A stretch of DNA of 64,000 bases. Origin: Lytechinus pictus. Taxonomy: Eukaryota. A program made the translations under genes and the position numbers. Below are positions 60,061 through 64,000 of the stretch, in pieces (within the stretch, counting starts at the first letter, position 1; the number at the start of each line of letters is the position of its first letter). The notes beneath the pieces are model-generated. The model ran no database searches. It was not told the DNA's origin and saw only the letters and a list, made by a program, of their open reading frames with translations. The DNA is taken from assembly GCF_037042905.1 (NCBI RefSeq), contig NC_087263.1:8124001-8188000 (forward strand), in the 5' to 3' direction.

Positions 60061-62087
60061 CTTCGAAAAGGCTTATAATAATTAGTCGGGTCGCGTGCGT
60101 GTGCGAAATCACTCGGGTTTGGGATTTCGATGCAAAATTTTTGCTAACAGTGTCTTCAATGGGGAGAAAATATAATGAAATTGAAATTCGAGTTTCGTTC
60201 TAAGCCGGCAAGTGCCTTAAATAAAATGTACTGGACTACTGTTTTAACATAACAAACAAGCGAATTTTGACTACTCTTAACATAATAACATTCCACATAT
60301 TTGACCTGATTTCTGTTGAATGTGGTGTACATCTTACATCGGTATCTCCCATTTACTTCAACATGTGACAGCGAGGGAATTCGTGCAATACATTTGTGTT
60401 CGAAATCAAATTGAATTCTTGCAATACATTGACTCTCGTTACCAGAGAGGGAATTCGTGCATTACATTTGCGTTAAAAATCACAATGATTTCTTGCAATA
60501 CATTAACCCACGAAATCAGAAATGAATTCTTAATAAATTATAAAGAAATGAATTCTTGATATAAAAAACGATGTTATGTGGTTAGTAAATGGAAATTCTT
60601 GATATCAAGAAATTCGATTCTTGATATTAGAAAATGTAAATAAATTCTAAAACGGCTTGCCATACGATCGTGGCAATATATACCAGATTACGTAATTGCA
60701 AGAATAGGGCGATTAAGCAATCAGAAGCCTTCTTATACTATCCATCTTATATAGAAATTACATTTAAATTCTCCTTTTGAATGAGTTCAATATTAGACTT
60801 TCTTTCTTTTTTATGTAAAAACCTCGCGCGATGTTTCACGACTATTTAAAACAAAAACATATCATTGTTTTACAATGAGTATTATTACAACAAAAAGTAG
60901 GCGCATAAGTTTTCTTTCTTCCATGGAAGATAGTCGGCATGAATATTTATATTATAAACGATAACATATTTATTCTCTCTAGCGCATCCTTGAATGACAG
61001 ATAATGAAAATATTGACTTAGTTGCCAATATGGTTTATCACTTGATTGCCATATGTGGAATTATGGAAAACTTGTATAAACACGGTTGGTAATTAACGTC
61101 CAATTATTGTGTAAACATCGCGTTCGATTTTGTTTCCCTTCCTATTGATAATTCATATCCATTATGTAGCCCCGTAATACAAAATTTCATTCGAAAAAAT
61201 AAAATATCATATCATTGCATGAAACGTGAAAAAACTTACACATAGACTTTTATACCTTTATGTGCTTAGTGTCAATCAAAGAGGAATATACAGTATATAC
61301 ACCAGTTCGAACTATAACACATTCAACACAGTGTGCTGATTAAAGGCTAAAATAATTTTAAAGAGATAAAGTGAAATCCGACAAGCATATTATAGTGAAA
61401 TTTCATTAAATTCAGAAAAGAAATATATCTACGTTATGACATCTTTCAGTTTTGCTTTATTTTAGAGAAGCATTTTTTTCCTTGCATGTGTTCATGAATA
61501 ATAATCAACAAACTAAATGTTGTCGTACCTATTATATGTAGTGTGTAAGATAATCACTGCGGCAACTTATTCTGTTGCAATGGAGGCATACATGTATTGT
61601 ACATGTATGGAAATAATATGATATGATCATGATTTTACATATTATGATAAGAGAAAGGGCAGTGGGGACATGACATCATCAGCCAATATTTTTCATATTC
61701 ATCACAAAATAATTATGTGTGATGACAGCCAACACGCACTTGCATAAACACATGTTAAAATTGTCATACATAGATAGTAAGGAACTGAATTGTGTTTTCC
61801 CTAAATATATTCCCTGCAGATTAACACAAAGTTTGGTGCCCCTCCCGGGAGGGAGGGGGGGGGGGGGCAGCCGAATCTACTCTTTAATCAGAAATTATTC
61901 GCTGACGAAAACGAAACAAATAAACAATCAAATGGAGTGTTTTTAACCAACTGACCTTGGGGGGAATTTGCGTAGTTATTATTTTCTTTTGCAGTATGAC
62001 TAATTTTTATCAACACAACCACCGGGAAATAATCCCGGATCTGTTTATTTCCTACACTTTAAAACATAAAGGGATTAACACCAAAGA

Positions 62088-62184
62088 AGCTTGTATTACA
62101 GTGACTGCACTTTAGAGTACTGATTTTCTTATTCATTTTTTGAGTAAAGAATCAGCAGTCTAAAGTGCAGTCACTATACAAGCT
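62088..62184. repeat. Short inverted-repeat element
   Basis: AGCTTGTAT..AGTGACTGCACTTTAGA / TCTAAAGTGCAGTCACTATACAAGCT. Confidence 0.75.
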
Positions 62185-62190
62185 CCTTAA

Positions 62191-62727
62191 AGGTCAAGTC
62201 CACCCCAGAAAAAGTTTGATCTGAATAAATAGAGAAAAATCCAACTAGCCGCAAATGCTGAAAAGTTCATCAAAATCAGATGTAAAATAAGAAAGTTATG
62301 GCATTTTAAAGTTTCACTTATTTTTCACAAAACAGTGATATGCACAACTCAGTGACATGCAAATGAGACAGTCGGTGATGTCCCTCACTCACTATTTATT
62401 TTGTTTTTTATTGTTTGAATTATACAATATTTCATTTTTTACAGATTTGATAATATGGACCAACTTGACTGAACCATATAGTATTAAACAATGCTAATTC
62501 CACATGTTCGGAAGGACTTAATCGTTGTTTCACTTGACAATGAGGAGAAAATTAGAATATTTCATAATTCATATAATGAAATACAAAAGAAATAGTAAGT
62601 GGATGATGTCATCAGTCTCCTCATTTGCATACTGACCAGGGTGTGCATTAACTATTTTGTGAAATTAAGCGAAACTTTAAAATATCATAACTTTCTTATT
62701 TTACATCCGATTTTGATGAAATTTTCA
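62191..62727. mobile_element. Kolobok-like TTAA MITE, right end truncated
   Basis: TTAA|AGGTCAAGTCCACCCC; colinear with 8411-8956. Confidence 0.82.
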
Positions 62728-64000
62728 ACATCTAGTTTGTATTAAAACACGCTTTACATTAAATGATTTCTTTATTTGTGTAAATCTGATTTCATTTATT
62801 TATTTCTATTTCGGAAAAAATGAATAGATAGTCAGCATAGTAAGAAATGGTATTCAATCAATTAATCAAAACTTTCTTTCACGATATAAACTTTCTGATA
62901 TTTTCGAACAGTGCCAGTTAGGTTAGGCATTTTCATACACGATGTGATTGATAATCGCTTGCCTTGTATATACAATTTTGATCATTTATTATTCCAATGA
63001 CCATCGCAAAATACCAGAACCAAAGATACACTAATTGCACGCTCAAGCAAACCAGTGCGGTAGAAGTCTCGGGAGAACATAAAACTAATGTGAGGAAACT
63101 GTCAATTTATTTTCTGGTCTTGTAGTCACGTGATATGATAATGACAAGATTTATCACCATTTTTTAAAGGGGCAACATTTTTTTTTGTAAGGGAAAGTAT
63201 TTTAGAGATTTTTTTAAAGATGTTTTTATTGTAATCTCTCAAATCAAAATACACTTTCACCTTTCATTCAAAAGTTGTACAAATTATTTGAAACATGATA
63301 AGAAATTATACAATAAGTTCATATCCCATATAGGTATACAAATTATACATCAAACCTCAGAGATACCGGAAATTAATACTGATGTTTCAACAATTATAAA
63401 ATGAAATTTTAACAATATGTTTTAATTGACATGAGAGAAAAAAGACAAACAAATTATGTTCAGCCCCCCCCCCCCTCCCCAGGCATAGAGCACCCTCCCC
63501 GTTATGCCTATTCTACATTGAAGTGACTCAAATTCCCCGTATTATATTTGTCTGCAAAAAAAAAAGAACGAATATGTGTTTTTTGTTTTTTGTTTTGTGG
63601 TTTTGTATTTCGCTGTATTTAGTCCTCTGACTCTCTCTATATATTTCTTTGATTTAGATTGTCCCATTTCCTTAAATGTAAAGACATTTTGCCTTTATCT
63701 AACGCCAGCATTTTTCTTCCCATTCTTCTTCTTTAAATTTCCTTTTAATTTAATCAATGGTTGTGAGTGCTCCCTTTTCCCTCCCTTTGAAGATTATATT
63801 TTTTACAAAGATTACAAAATGATTGACTAAACGTTCCTTTCCTTTCCTTCATCCTTAATTACCCATAAATTACCCATAAATATAAAACTAACATCTCCTT
63901 ACATTATCATTCCAAACCAAGCATCTCCTTAAATCATTATTTCAAACTAAACAAGCATATTTACATTCCAAAAATATATGGCGACATGCTTCCTCCTCTT

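Overview
AT-rich, repeat-dense metazoan genomic DNA. The repeat families look echinoderm (sea-urchin-like); this is inference, not a search result. The window is dominated by one spliced + strand gene: 24 coding exons at 7839-54913, all with GT-AG junctions and compatible phases, joining into 4137 nt (1378 aa plus stop). The 5' exons lie upstream of the window. The protein is a type I receptor: two C-type lectin domains (the first is partial), a Tie/angiopoietin-receptor-like ectodomain (Ig-Ig-5xEGF-Ig-FN3), a TM helix, one PTP domain with D2/pseudophosphatase hallmarks (KSRN, WPN, HCMNGVGR) and a Tyr-rich tail ending in an ITAM-like pair. The FN3 domain carries a 42-aa insert flanked by two furin-type sites. 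Introns and the 3' flank are filled with MITEs, LINE and LTR relics, Crypton-like tyrosine-recombinase relics and tRNA-derived SINEs. About 14.5 kb of the 17.8-kb intron resolves into nested insertions inside a single SINE. All calls were read and translated by eye.
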